A stretch of 64,000 bases of DNA, taken from Chloropicon primus (Eukaryota). The notes beneath the pieces are model-generated. The model was not told the DNA's origin. It did not search any database and saw only the letters and a list, made by a program, of their open reading frames with translations. Positions 22,939-32,500 of the stretch are shown here, one piece after another; the stretch's first letter is position 1; each line of letters opens with the position of its first letter. Location: NCBI GenBank assembly GCA_023205875.1, contig CP060755.1, positions 868,001 to 932,000 on the forward strand, written 5' to 3'. Position numbers and translations under genes: made by a program.

Positions 22939-22943
22939 ATCCT

Positions 22944-25103
22944 ATGGCTGCTGGGTTCGGTCGGCGGCGGCGCGGGGCAGGGGACAACATGGAGGGGGAA
23001 GCGTGTCACAGGAAAAGGCGGGGCGCTGTGCGGTGCCTGAGGGTGACGACGGCGCTGGTCTTCACCTACCTCTGCGCGGGCGAGCTCTTGCCTCTTCCTC
23101 GCTCTAGCGCCAAGGGACTCCTGCGGGACTGGGCTGCTCAGCAGGCCGTAATCGTAGCCACCCTCTCCGTCCTGGCCATTCTGCTCGCCAGCACGGGATG
23201 CTCGCAGCACGCCGGTTTTTTCGTTCGCCTGCGCACAGCCGAGCCGCTGCTTGCCGCGCTGAACGGAGCCCCCCTCGCGGCAGCAGCTGCGGCGTCTCTG
23301 TGGGGCAGCCGCCGCTCGGACAACTGCCAGGACGACGAACCCGGGTGCGGCTCCGTGAGCATGCTTCTTGACGCCGTCGGCCTGATCAGCGCGCGCCTCG
23401 CCCGACTGGACCTTGGCGTCTGCCTTCTCCTCGCCGGGCGGGGCGAATCAGCGTGGGTTTTCGGAGCCTCCGGCGGCGAGCTGGGGTACTCGGAGGCGAT
23501 TCCGCTGCACCGAGCGAGCGGCTGGTGGTGCGCGAGGCAGTCAGCGCTGCACTCCATCGCGTATCTGCTCTTCTACCTCAGCCGAGGCGGGACGAGCTCG
23601 CTGTGGCTCGACTGCTTCCCCTTCGGAAGCACGCCCGGCTCCCTCAACACGCTTGGGTTGGTGAACTTTATCGGGATTGTTGCTGCTCTCGTGTTGCTGC
23701 TGCCGCTGACGCTCTCTGCGCTGCCCCATGTCAGGAAGAAGTGGTACCAGGCATTCCAACGCCTCCACCTGCCAGCCGCCATGGTGTTCGTCTCGTGTTG
23801 CGCGCTGCACGATCTTCCCATCCTACTATTCGCCGTGCCTGGGCTCGCTGGGTGGTACCTCGGGCGGCAGGACGGCTCCGCGCTGCGCAATAAGGTGCTG
23901 CCTGCCAAAGCCCGGCTGCTCCCAGGCACGTCGGGGACGTGGGTCGAGCTGACCATAGACGCTGCGACAGTGCCGAAACCAATAACCAGGGTACCGCGCG
24001 AGGAGTGGGTGTCCGTGAGTGTGGCGCCGCTCGGGACGGAGTCGCACCCGCTCTCCGTGACCGTCTCGGCCACTGGAAGCACGGAGCTCTCGATGATTGT
24101 TTCCTCGAACATCGGCAACTGGACTAGGGCGCTTTGCAGCCTCGCTTCAACGCCAGGAGGTGACAGATTCGATGTCCAGGTGTCTGGACCGTACCCATAT
24201 GGCGGAGGCTGCTGCTGCTGGTTGTCAGGGTCAGAGCAGGACACCCACGGCCGTGAAGAAACCGCGCTGCTGCTCCTGGCCGGTGGCACTGGGATCACCG
24301 GATGGCTGCCTGTGCTGGCTCAGGCTGGCGGTGCCCACCGCGACCCGTGCCACCTGGTGTGGTTTGTCCAGAAAGAAGCGGACTACCTCGCGCTCGCCAA
24401 TCGATTGCCCGCGCCCTCCACCGGGGTCAAGGTGACCGTCTTTGTCACCAAGGCTGACGGCTCCGCTCTGTCTGGCAAGCTCGGCAAGCTTTTTGTTGGG
24501 AGGGCGCGGGGCGGGGCTGCTGTGGTGAGCGGGGTGGGCAATGGAGAGACCGCACAGGCCAGGGCTCACCTACATCAAGGCGGCAATTGGTGGATGAAGG
24601 TGGCATTGTTGGCGTCGACACTCGTGGGCTTGGCGGTGACATCCTGGGGCTGGACCTACCATCATCGAATTTGGGGTTCATCGACGACGCTGGCTAAATT
24701 CTTCGTAGCGCAACGGTGCCTGCCGGTGGTGCTTGTTTTTCTCGCCATCACTGGCGTTTTGCGGGCTGTGTCCTGGGTAGCGGTGAGGCATTATAATGCC
24801 GTTCGCACTGGGGGCCATCAAGAAACCGTTGATGCCTCAGATCTGCAGCCACTTCGGCAGGATAGCCTCATCGAGGGGGCCGAGGGGCTGGCGGAAGCTG
24901 GAGGGCATCACGTGCACGCGGCACGTCCAGACGTGAGCACGCTGGTGCGCACAGCAGTCACAGAATGGGCCACACATCGCTTGGTCGTGGAGGCGCGCGG
25001 GCCACCATCGCTGGTGGAAGCGGCTCGAAAGGCTGTAGAGGTTGAACAGGCGAAGTGTCCCTGCGGAAGGCTCAAGTTTCACGGCAGCGACTGGAGGTGG
25101 TAG
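22944..25103 (+). CDS. Ferric reductase / NOX-family flavocytochrome, intronless
   Basis: Two His pairs (HRASG...ALH; RLHLP...ALH), HPLSV FAD motif, VSGPY, LLLAGGTGITG NAD(P)H motif, multiple TM helices. Confidence 0.85.
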   Translation: MAAGFGRRRRGAGDNMEGEACHRKRRGAVRCLRVTTALVFTYLCAGELLPLPRSSAKGLLRDWAAQQAVIVATLSVLAILLASTGCSQHAGFFVRLRTAEPLLAALNGAPLAAAAAASLWGSRRSDNCQDDEPGCGSVSMLLDAVGLISARLARLDLGVCLLLAGRGESAWVFGASGGELGYSEAIPLHRASGWWCARQSALHSIAYLLFYLSRGGTSSLWLDCFPFGSTPGSLNTLGLVNFIGIVAALVLLLPLTLSALPHVRKKWYQAFQRLHLPAAMVFVSCCALHDLPILLFAVPGLAGWYLGRQDGSALRNKVLPAKARLLPGTSGTWVELTIDAATVPKPITRVPREEWVSVSVAPLGTESHPLSVTVSATGSTELSMIVSSNIGNWTRALCSLASTPGGDRFDVQVSGPYPYGGGCCCWLSGSEQDTHGREETALLLLAGGTGITGWLPVLAQAGGAHRDPCHLVWFVQKEADYLALANRLPAPSTGVKVTVFVTKADGSALSGKLGKLFVGRARGGAAVVSGVGNGETAQARAHLHQGGNWWMKVALLASTLVGLAVTSWGWTYHHRIWGSSTTLAKFFVAQRCLPVVLVFLAITGVLRAVSWVAVRHYNAVRTGGHQETVDASDLQPLRQDSLIEGAEGLAEAGGHHVHAARPDVSTLVRTAVTEWATHRLVVEARGPPSLVEAARKAVEVEQAKCPCGRLKFHGSDWRW

Positions 25104-25106
25104 GCG

Positions 25107-25172
25107 AGCTCCTACCACTGGATCGTTTTTAAGTTGACCTGCAAGGCGTTCCTCGAGGCGGTGAGGACGATG
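25107..25172 (+). pseudogene. 3' half of the interrupted F-box motif
   Basis: SSYHWIVFKLTCKAFLEAVRT matches SSYDRIAFALTCRAFLEAVTT (about 20803-20865) in both DNA and protein. Confidence 0.8.
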
Positions 25173-25177
25173 AAGAT

Positions 25178-25540
25178 CGAGCTGGACGAGGAGATAATAG
25201 AGGTGGCGTGCAGGGTATGCCTCAAATTCGTCCGGCAGAAGCGGTGCAGGGTCAGCGTTCACGATGTCGCGGCAGAACTGGAGAAATGCCAGTTGTTCCA
25301 CACGGGCCTGGACGAGGACGAGGTCAGGAGCCTCCTGATGCTCCTGGTGGAAACGGCAAGCTGGATCAATGCGACGGGGGGATGTACTTCCAGCTCTCCA
25401 GGGTGAAGCCCCCCGCGAGCCTGCCGGAGCACCTCGTGCCCTTCTTGCAGATGGGCTGGCACACCAGGAGCGGGGAAGGGTCCAGGGAAAGCGAGGAGGC
25501 CTTGGCGGAGGGCGAGTACCTCTTCTTCAAGGGAACCTGA
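25178..25540 (+). pseudogene. Frameshifted duplicate of the RPC34 3' end
   Basis: Paralogous to about 20287-20658; 1-nt deletion near 25350; last about 130 bp nearly identical; ends FFKGT-stop. Confidence 0.88.
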
Positions 25541-25545
25541 CGAAA

Positions 25546-25580
<35 letters not shown>

Positions 25581-25773
25581 ATGAAAGAAGGAAAGCTACT
25601 TCTTCCTTGTACGAATAATAGTAATAAACTCCTGTGTGTATCCTAATTACTCCACGATGGGGGTCAGAGAGCTAGGCGCAGGCTCCCCCTTCTCCCGGAG
25701 CAGGGATTTCCATCCTGAGACGTCAGAGGTGAGAAGGGAGGACTTAGGACTCGAAGCCAGAGCGAGCGCGCCG

Positions 25774-26442
25774 ATGGCGACGACGACGAGGGCCATCACC
25801 CCCCTCGCGCACCCCCGCCACGCCAGGGGTCGCCTCCCTCCCCCTCGCGCGCTCAGCGCTGCCATAACAGCTTTAGCATCAGCACCAGCACAAGCAGCAT
25901 CAGCAGCAGCAGCAGCACCAGCGGCTAGCTCCCTGGCCTTCAACCTCGGGACGTCCGCGGTCCTCGTCCCGGCGTACCTGGCCCTCCTGGCGCTGGGGCG
26001 CCGAAGGATCCGGCTCGTCGACCGGATCTGGAGCCCTCCGCCGACCCGTCACGAAACCACCACCACCAGCAGCAGCAACAACAACAACAAGGACCTCCTC
26101 CCCTTCCTCCTCCCCTTCCTCCTGGGCTCGGCGTTCCTCCTGAGCCTCGTCGGGGCCCCTTGCTCGACCTTGCTGGACCTCAGCCGGAGCTGCTGGACGA
26201 ACGGGATCCCGGCCCTCCAGGCCCTGCTGCGGGACCCGGCCGCCACCGCCCTGGTCTGGACGCAAATCACCTTCCTGGACTTTCTGGTGGCAAGGCACGT
26301 GCTGAGGGACAGGGAGGCCGGGGTCCCCTGGAGGCACTCGGTCGCCCTCTGCTTTGTCGTTGGCCCCGCGGGACTCTTGTCCCACCTCCTGACCAAGGCC
26401 CTGTTCCACACGAGCAAGAGGAAGAAGAGCCGGGGGCGGTGA
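25774..26442 (+). CDS. ABA4/DUF4281-like plastid membrane protein
   Basis: WTQITFLDFLVARHV...RHSVALCFVVGPAGLLSHLLTK motif; transit-peptide-like N-terminus. Confidence 0.75.
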   Translation: MATTTRAITPLAHPRHARGRLPPPRALSAAITALASAPAQAASAAAAAPAASSLAFNLGTSAVLVPAYLALLALGRRRIRLVDRIWSPPPTRHETTTTSSSNNNNKDLLPFLLPFLLGSAFLLSLVGAPCSTLLDLSRSCWTNGIPALQALLRDPAATALVWTQITFLDFLVARHVLRDREAGVPWRHSVALCFVVGPAGLLSHLLTKALFHTSKRKKSRGR

Positions 26443-26718
26443 CGATGGTGATGATGGGATGATGGTGTAATACAGCAGGCGGACAGACCCAACAACAATA
26501 ATACCCAACGTGATTGTTGTTTTGGAATGATTGAATGATTGATCATTACAACTATGTTGTTCACGCACACAACATCCATCTCCTTTGTTTGCTCGTTTGC
26601 TCGTTTGTTTGTTTCCTCCTCCTGACGTGTGCTGCTGCTGCTGCGTGCCCCTCACGCAACCCCAACCCCCCCTCTCTCTCTCAACCCCCCAATCCAATCC
26701 AATCCCAAGAACCCATCA

Positions 26719-27657
26719 TCAAACCTTGATCAAGCTCACCCCGCCCTCGTTCTCGGGGAAAAGGACCTTCCTGAGCTCCGGCAGGGCCTGCTTGGCGACG
26801 ATCGCGAGCCTGGCGTCCAGGGTGTTGTCGCACACGATCTTCCCGTCCGCGGTGGACACGATCAGGCCCCCCATGCAGTCCGCGAGGGGGCTGAGGGAGT
26901 CGAGCGCGACCGAGGGGGCCGCGGAGTTCGTGGCCGCGGCGTACTGGCTCCTCGCCGCCTCGATGGACTCCTGGACGACCCCGGCGTCCCTCTGGAGGCA
27001 CTTCACCCTGAGGTCGCTCCCGGGGCCGAACCTCTTGACGGCCTGGACCAGGAGCTCCAGGACGAGCTTCTTGTACTCGGCGGGGTTGGCCGCGACCCGG
27101 GGAAGGAAGGTCCTCGCGCTCTCGATGGCCTCGTCGATGGCGTCCTGCTGGGCCTGCAGGACCTTGAGCCTCGCCGTGTTCAGCTGCGTCGAGCTCTCTA
27201 TCGCCTTCTTCGTGTCAATCTGGCTGCGCTTCCTCTCGTACTCCTTGCGGATCTTCGCCTTCTCGGCCTCTACCACGGTCTGCTTCTGGATGGTGTACTC
27301 CTCCTGGGCCGCCGCCCTGATCTCGTTCGCCTTCTCCTCGGCCTCCTTCCTTATGAACTGGAGTTGTTTTTGTTTGAGTTTGGATGGAGTTTGGATGGAG
27401 GAGGACATTTTGTCAGCGAACGAGCACAACACGCTTTGAAGACAAGACAGAGAGAACCCCGAGAGAGAAGGAGGGGGGCGGGTTGGGGCTGGACGGAGAG
27501 TTGCTGAGTTGTTGAGTTGTAGAGAAAAGCGAGCGAGCGAGGGGAAGCGAGCGAGGGGAAGCGAGCGAGGGGAAACTCTCTCTCTCACACACACACACAC
27601 CACGGCGCTTACCTGGACCATCTGGGAGATTTGCACGGCGACCTCCTGCTCGTTCAT
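26719..27657 (-). CDS. VHA-E: V-type ATPase subunit E (intron 27358-27612)
   Basis: MNEQEVAVQISQMVQ|FIRKEAEEKANEI, NTARLKVLQA and GKIVCDNTLDARL motifs. Confidence 0.94.
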   Translation of the reverse strand: MNEQEVAVQISQMVQVSAVVCVCVRERVSPRSLPLARFPSLARFSLQLNNSATLRPAPTRPPPSLSGFSLSCLQSVLCSFADKMSSSIQTPSKLKQKQLQFIRKEAEEKANEIRAAAQEEYTIQKQTVVEAEKAKIRKEYERKRSQIDTKKAIESSTQLNTARLKVLQAQQDAIDEAIESARTFLPRVAANPAEYKKLVLELLVQAVKRFGPGSDLRVKCLQRDAGVVQESIEAARSQYAAATNSAAPSVALDSLSPLADCMGGLIVSTADGKIVCDNTLDARLAIVAKQALPELRKVLFPENEGGVSLIKV

Positions 27658-27829
27658 CTTCTCGCTGCTCGCTGCTCTCTCTCTCTCCAGTCGTCGTTGT
27701 CGTCGTCGTCGTCGTCGTCGTCTAGTCTAGCCTAGTCTTCCGATTAGGGTTCTTCCTCTCTCCTCCTCCCCCTCCCTCCCTCCTCTATTTATGGTACGAA
27801 ATTTCCACGTTTTGTCGAGTAGAATCCGC

Positions 27830-27939
27830 GCCTTCGTAGCTCAGTTGGGAGAGCGTGGCACTTGTATGCACTTGTACGCGTACTATACCTTGTACGCGAA
27901 GTGATGCCAAGGTCTGTGGTTCGATTCCGCACGGAGGCA
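27830..27939 (+). tRNA. trnT-UGU: tRNA-Thr(UGU) with 37-nt intron (27867-27903)
   Basis: Acceptor stem GCCTTCG/CGGAGGC, D-arm GCTC/GAGC, anticodon stem TGGCA/TGCCA, anticodon TGT at 27863-65, TTCGATT loop, TTTT terminator. Confidence 0.92.
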
Positions 27940-28109
27940 TTTTCATTTTACTCGGTGAGGGACAATATTCGGTGAGAGACGTGAGTGGTCGGCGAGAAGA
28001 GAGAGCCGCCGTAACGCCAGCCCGAGATCGTGATGAGGGTGACGGTGATGGAACAAGCAAGCAAGCAAGCAAGCAAGGAAGGCAAGGACAAAGGCGATAA
28101 AACATCTAT

Positions 28110-28766
28110 TCAAGTCTTCTTGTAGCAGAGGTTGCACAATCCCGTGCCCGAGGTTGTGACCAGCTGTCCGCAGGCGATGTTGCTGCTCGGCGAGGTCATT
28201 TCATCCTCATCCTGGGACATCTGCAAGAAGGGGGATCCAAACTGAGGGAAGGTTCCCGTTCTGCTGCACCCAGTGAACCTTCCTGCATGAGTCATGAAGT
28301 CACTCACGAGGGACAGGTGGCGAGGGTCTACCTCAATGCCGTAGGCCCCGAAAACTTTGATGACTTCGTTCTCAAGAACTCTCCTGGCGGCCTCGATCCC
28401 AAAGTTGTCCTGCATCATGTGGATGTCATTGGACTCTAATCTGGTGAGATCCACCACATGGCAGTTCCTCTGGAGGCAATCCAAGAGATTCCCCGTTTTC
28501 CCCTGGACCAGCAGGCCAGCCTCATTGTCGTCCATGGCAATCTTGTCAGCGCTGTCGACCCCGGCAGTCTCGTTGACAACGCACTGCATGGAAACTTTCT
28601 CGCAAAGCTCGAGCATCGGGATCTTCCTCAGGCTCTCGTGCTTGACATCGATGCAGGCCTCGAAGGGAGAATCCTCGTCTTCACTGAAGAACACGATTGG
28701 CTTTTGGTTTTGTGTTCCGTGTACAAAGAAGCCGGAGTCCAAGAAAACCTTGATCCCAATCAACAA
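28110..28766 (-). pseudogene. RPA1: C-terminal fragment of RNA polymerase I largest subunit
   Basis: SNDIH...FGIEAAR...VFGAYGIEVDPRHLSLVSDFMT, SPFLQMS, SPSS and GTG motifs; 5'-truncated; the conserved FET segment after QMS is missing. Confidence 0.8.
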
Positions 28767-29014
28767 TTCAAGGGGCTTGAAGTGCTTGAGCTGCAGCTAT
28801 GAACATGGCAAAGTCGGCAAGGGGTACGAGGAGAACGCAGGAGGAGGCGACGTGAACGTTGGCTCCGGCCGGCAGAAGTCCGAGAACAGAAAGGCCAAAG
28901 AGGTAGTAGTGACCCCGCATCCAATGCTCGTCGACATGATGCTTGAGAACAATATGGAGGTGGATACGGAGCAAGCGAAACCAGGGGAGGAGTCGGAGGA
29001 GGAGATCTAAAACT

Positions 29015-29128
29015 CAGTGGGCTCGAAGCCAGGACCCGCCTTGCCGTTGGGACCCAATTGAATGCATGGTATGGGCGGAGAGCAGGAAAGACCAGCGCGT
29101 CATCGAATGGATCGATGCCAATTCTTAA
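29015..29128 (+). pseudogene. Ankyrin-array terminal remnant
   Basis: CAGTGGGCTCGAAGCCAGGACCCGCCTTGCC identical to the array scaffold, followed by a C-cap-like WDPIEC...IEWI and a stop. Confidence 0.88.
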
Positions 29129-29545
29129 CCAAGAACAATGTCTCACGACGAACCTGTCATCGACCTTCGCTTTCCTTCCTGGTTCCTCCTCCTCCTCCCC
29201 TCCTCCTCCCCTCCTCCCTTCCTCCTCCTCCTCTCCTCCGCTTTTGCTTTTTGTTTGAAAAATCCCTTCCTTCCTTCATCGCTGGCACTCGACGCTTCGT
29301 CGTCGCTGGCACTCGACGCTTCCACCACCACCACCACCACCACCTGAACAGCAAGCAACGCGCGTGAGTCCATTCATCGAGTCTCGACGACGACGGCGGC
29401 GGCGTTGTTGTCGTTGGCAAACCATTCCACTTCCACTTCCACTTCCACTTCCATTCATTCATTCATTCACCTGACAACAACAACACACAATCTTCTCACA
29501 ACACAACACAACACAAACAAAGATTCTGGCTTGCTGTTCAAAAAG

Positions 29546-32500
29546 ATGACTCCCGGGGGCGGAGGGTCCTCCTCTTTCACCGGGCTTGCTAACCTTTCGT
29601 TCGGGGACGTGCAAACGACCCCGCCTCACGACTCTAACTTGTTCTTCACCCCAATCACCACCACCACCTCCGCCCTGCTGCAGGCGTCCACCACCTCCGC
29701 TGCCCTGCGTCTTCCGTCCGCGGCGTACCGGTGCCAGCAGAGGAGCTTCAACAACAGCCTGAGCACGAAGCTCAGGCTGCTGACGGGGAAGATCTACTCG
29801 CACAGGTCGATCTCCAAGGCGTTCTTCCGCCCGGCGCTGGGGAAGGACGACAAGGTGAATTTCCTCCAAGCCAAGCTGAGCACCATGGAGGCCGAGGTCA
29901 AGTGGCTGTACGACACGTACACGGACCTGGTGGGGGCGAGCAAGACGATGGCGTCCGTGCTGGACGACCTGAACTCCAAGTGGTCCCAGTGCAGGGTGGA
30001 GTCCTCGACGCCTTACCTGGTCTCTCTGGCGACCGTGCTGGCCGAGCTGCACGCCGCGGACGTGGCCAAGGCCACCAAGCTGAGCGTCCAGGCGGACATC
30101 AACGTCTTCCAGGACATGGCGGTCGCCCTGCAGCAGTGGGAGCTCAGCGAGTACTCCGAGGAGCTCAGCGGGTTCTACAGGTCCTCGTTCGCGGGGGTGA
30201 AGCAGCTGCAGTCCAGGCTGGAGAGGTACCAGAAGATGGACGACCTCCTGCACTCGGTGCTGAAGCGACTCCTGGACCTGTACGAGCGGGACGGCGGCGC
30301 GAGAAACGTGGCCCTCAAGAACGTGGTCCTCAAGTCCCTTCCCGTGCTGCTGTACCTGATCCACGCCCAGAACGCCAAGCTCCTGGACAAGAAGTCGGTC
30401 GGCAGGGCGGTCGCCCTGCTGAAGAAGAACCCCGTGCTCCAGGTCGTGGGGGACGCCTGGATGTCCTCCCTGGGGCTCCTGTCCGGCATCGAAGACTTTG
30501 AGGCCAAGTTCAAGATAAGGGCGTACCTCCTGCCCCACCAGCTGGGCCCCAAGCACCTGCAGGGCACCGAGCTCGGGGTGGACATCTGCCCGGCCGCGGA
30601 GAGGGCGAAGGCCGCCTACGACGGGGCCCTCTTCCAGCTCTGCAAGTGCGTCTCCCAGGCCCAGAAGGTCGGGCTGGACGCCAACGTGATCCCCGAGGCC
30701 CTCGCGGAGTCCACGCTCGAGGCGTACAAGGCCGCCCTCGACCTCGTGCACTCCTGCCAGTGGAACCTGCAGACGTTCTTCTGCTGGAAGGTGAGCTCCT
30801 CGGCGGGCCAGGACAGCTCCCGGGGGCTGGACGACAGCCTGAGCAGCAGGATCGTCGGCCTGTTCAGCCCGGAGGAAAAGCTCGCGATCCTCAGCCTGGT
30901 GCAGATTCTCAAGGACCTCAACCAGTACGTGCGCACGAGGGAGCACCTCCTCTTCCCGATCCTCTCGGCGTCGATCCAGAGGAGGCTGGACGCCTTCAGG
31001 GCCGACACGTCGGACAAGATCCTGCTGAGCAAAAAGTGCCCAGAGCACTTTGAGCTGCTGCACCGCATGCTGCGGACGCACCTGGCCAGGGAGGACGCGA
31101 GGGACGGCAGGCTCGCCCTGGGCAGCGGGCCTTCCCTGTCCCAGCTCGTGCTCCTGAACGAGATCGCGGGCGAGATGTGCTACGAGATCGACAACCGGCT
31201 GAGGAAGACCAAGATCTTCAAGAAGGAGGTCTCCGGGTCGGAGGTTCTCAGGCAGCTCCGGGCCTTTGCCCTGGACACGGCCCTGTTCGTCCAAGTCCTG
31301 GACCTGAGCTTCTCGTTCGGCCAGGCCGTGGACACCTCCTACCTCTGGCTCCACGAGCAGCTGTTCGACAGGATGGAGGCCAACAAGTCCGGCATCTCCA
31401 CTTCGCTGCCCTGGAAGCTCTTCGAGGCCCAGATCGACGCCTCGCGCCAGGACTTGGACTTGGAGATGTCCCTCATCCCGATGCACGTGTACAACAAGGC
31501 CGCAGGGAAGAACTTTGCGGAGCTGGGCAAGCAGTACATTTACGACGAGCTCGAGACGGAGGCGGACCTCGCCTTCGAGAGGATGGCGTTCAAGATAGCG
31601 ACCAAGGTGTACGACATCGTCAAGATGACGGTGTCTGGCCAGCACCTCAGCAAGTTCGTGGAGACCCAAGTCCTGCTCAGCGAGGACCTCCTGCCCAAGC
31701 AGAGCATCGCCGGCGTCGTGTCCCCCAAGGTCCACGACCTCCTGGGCAGGAGTGTGAACCTGAGGAAGCTGGTCGCCCAAAGGATCAACAAGCTGTTCAG
31801 GGAGAACTTGGACTACCTCATGGAGAGATTCGAGGCCCTCGACATCTCGCAGGGGATCCTGGAGTTCCACACCGGGTACCACATCCTGGAGTCGGCCCAC
31901 TCGTCCCTCAGGGAGTACCTCGAGATCGACTCGTGGGACACGATCGTCAAGGAGATGAACGAGAACACGTCCACCCTGTCCTTCGGGTCCAGGCTGTGCG
32001 TGTACATCTACAAGGAGCTCTCCTCGGTCGTGCCCTCGTACTACAACTACTACCTGTCCACCTCCAAGTTCATCGAGGACAAGTACGTGACGCGGAGGGA
32101 GCTGAGGAAGAACCCCCTGCCCGTGCTGCCGAGCCCGAGCTTCCTGTTCGGGCACAGGATCTACAACGAGACGATCAGGGAGATCTCCCGCATGCACTCG
32201 GGGACGTTCAGCGCCATGCACTTCCAGTGCCTCGCCCAGCTGCTCAGCGAGGAGGAGATCTTCCTCGTCGTCCAGAAGCTCATCGAAAAGTCGTACAAGA
32301 TCGTCTCCAACACCCTGCTGCCGAGCATCAAGGACTGCATGGAGATGATCGACGAGTCGACCTGCTTCGCGGAGGTGGAGCCTGTCGACGAGACGATCAA
32401 GAGGTTCGACAGAGCCCTCGCGGTGTTCGCCAAGCAGCAGGAGGAGACCGACTTTAGAATCTTCGAGGACATGAAGATGCTCGGCAACGTCATGCTCAGC

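Noticed and set aside
22701..22943. N-terminal extension of the ferric reductase ORF
   Set aside because: It spans (GA)n and an F-box remnant in another frame; likely fortuitous readthrough
27743..27751. Telomeric TTAGGG
   Set aside because: Single isolated hexamer
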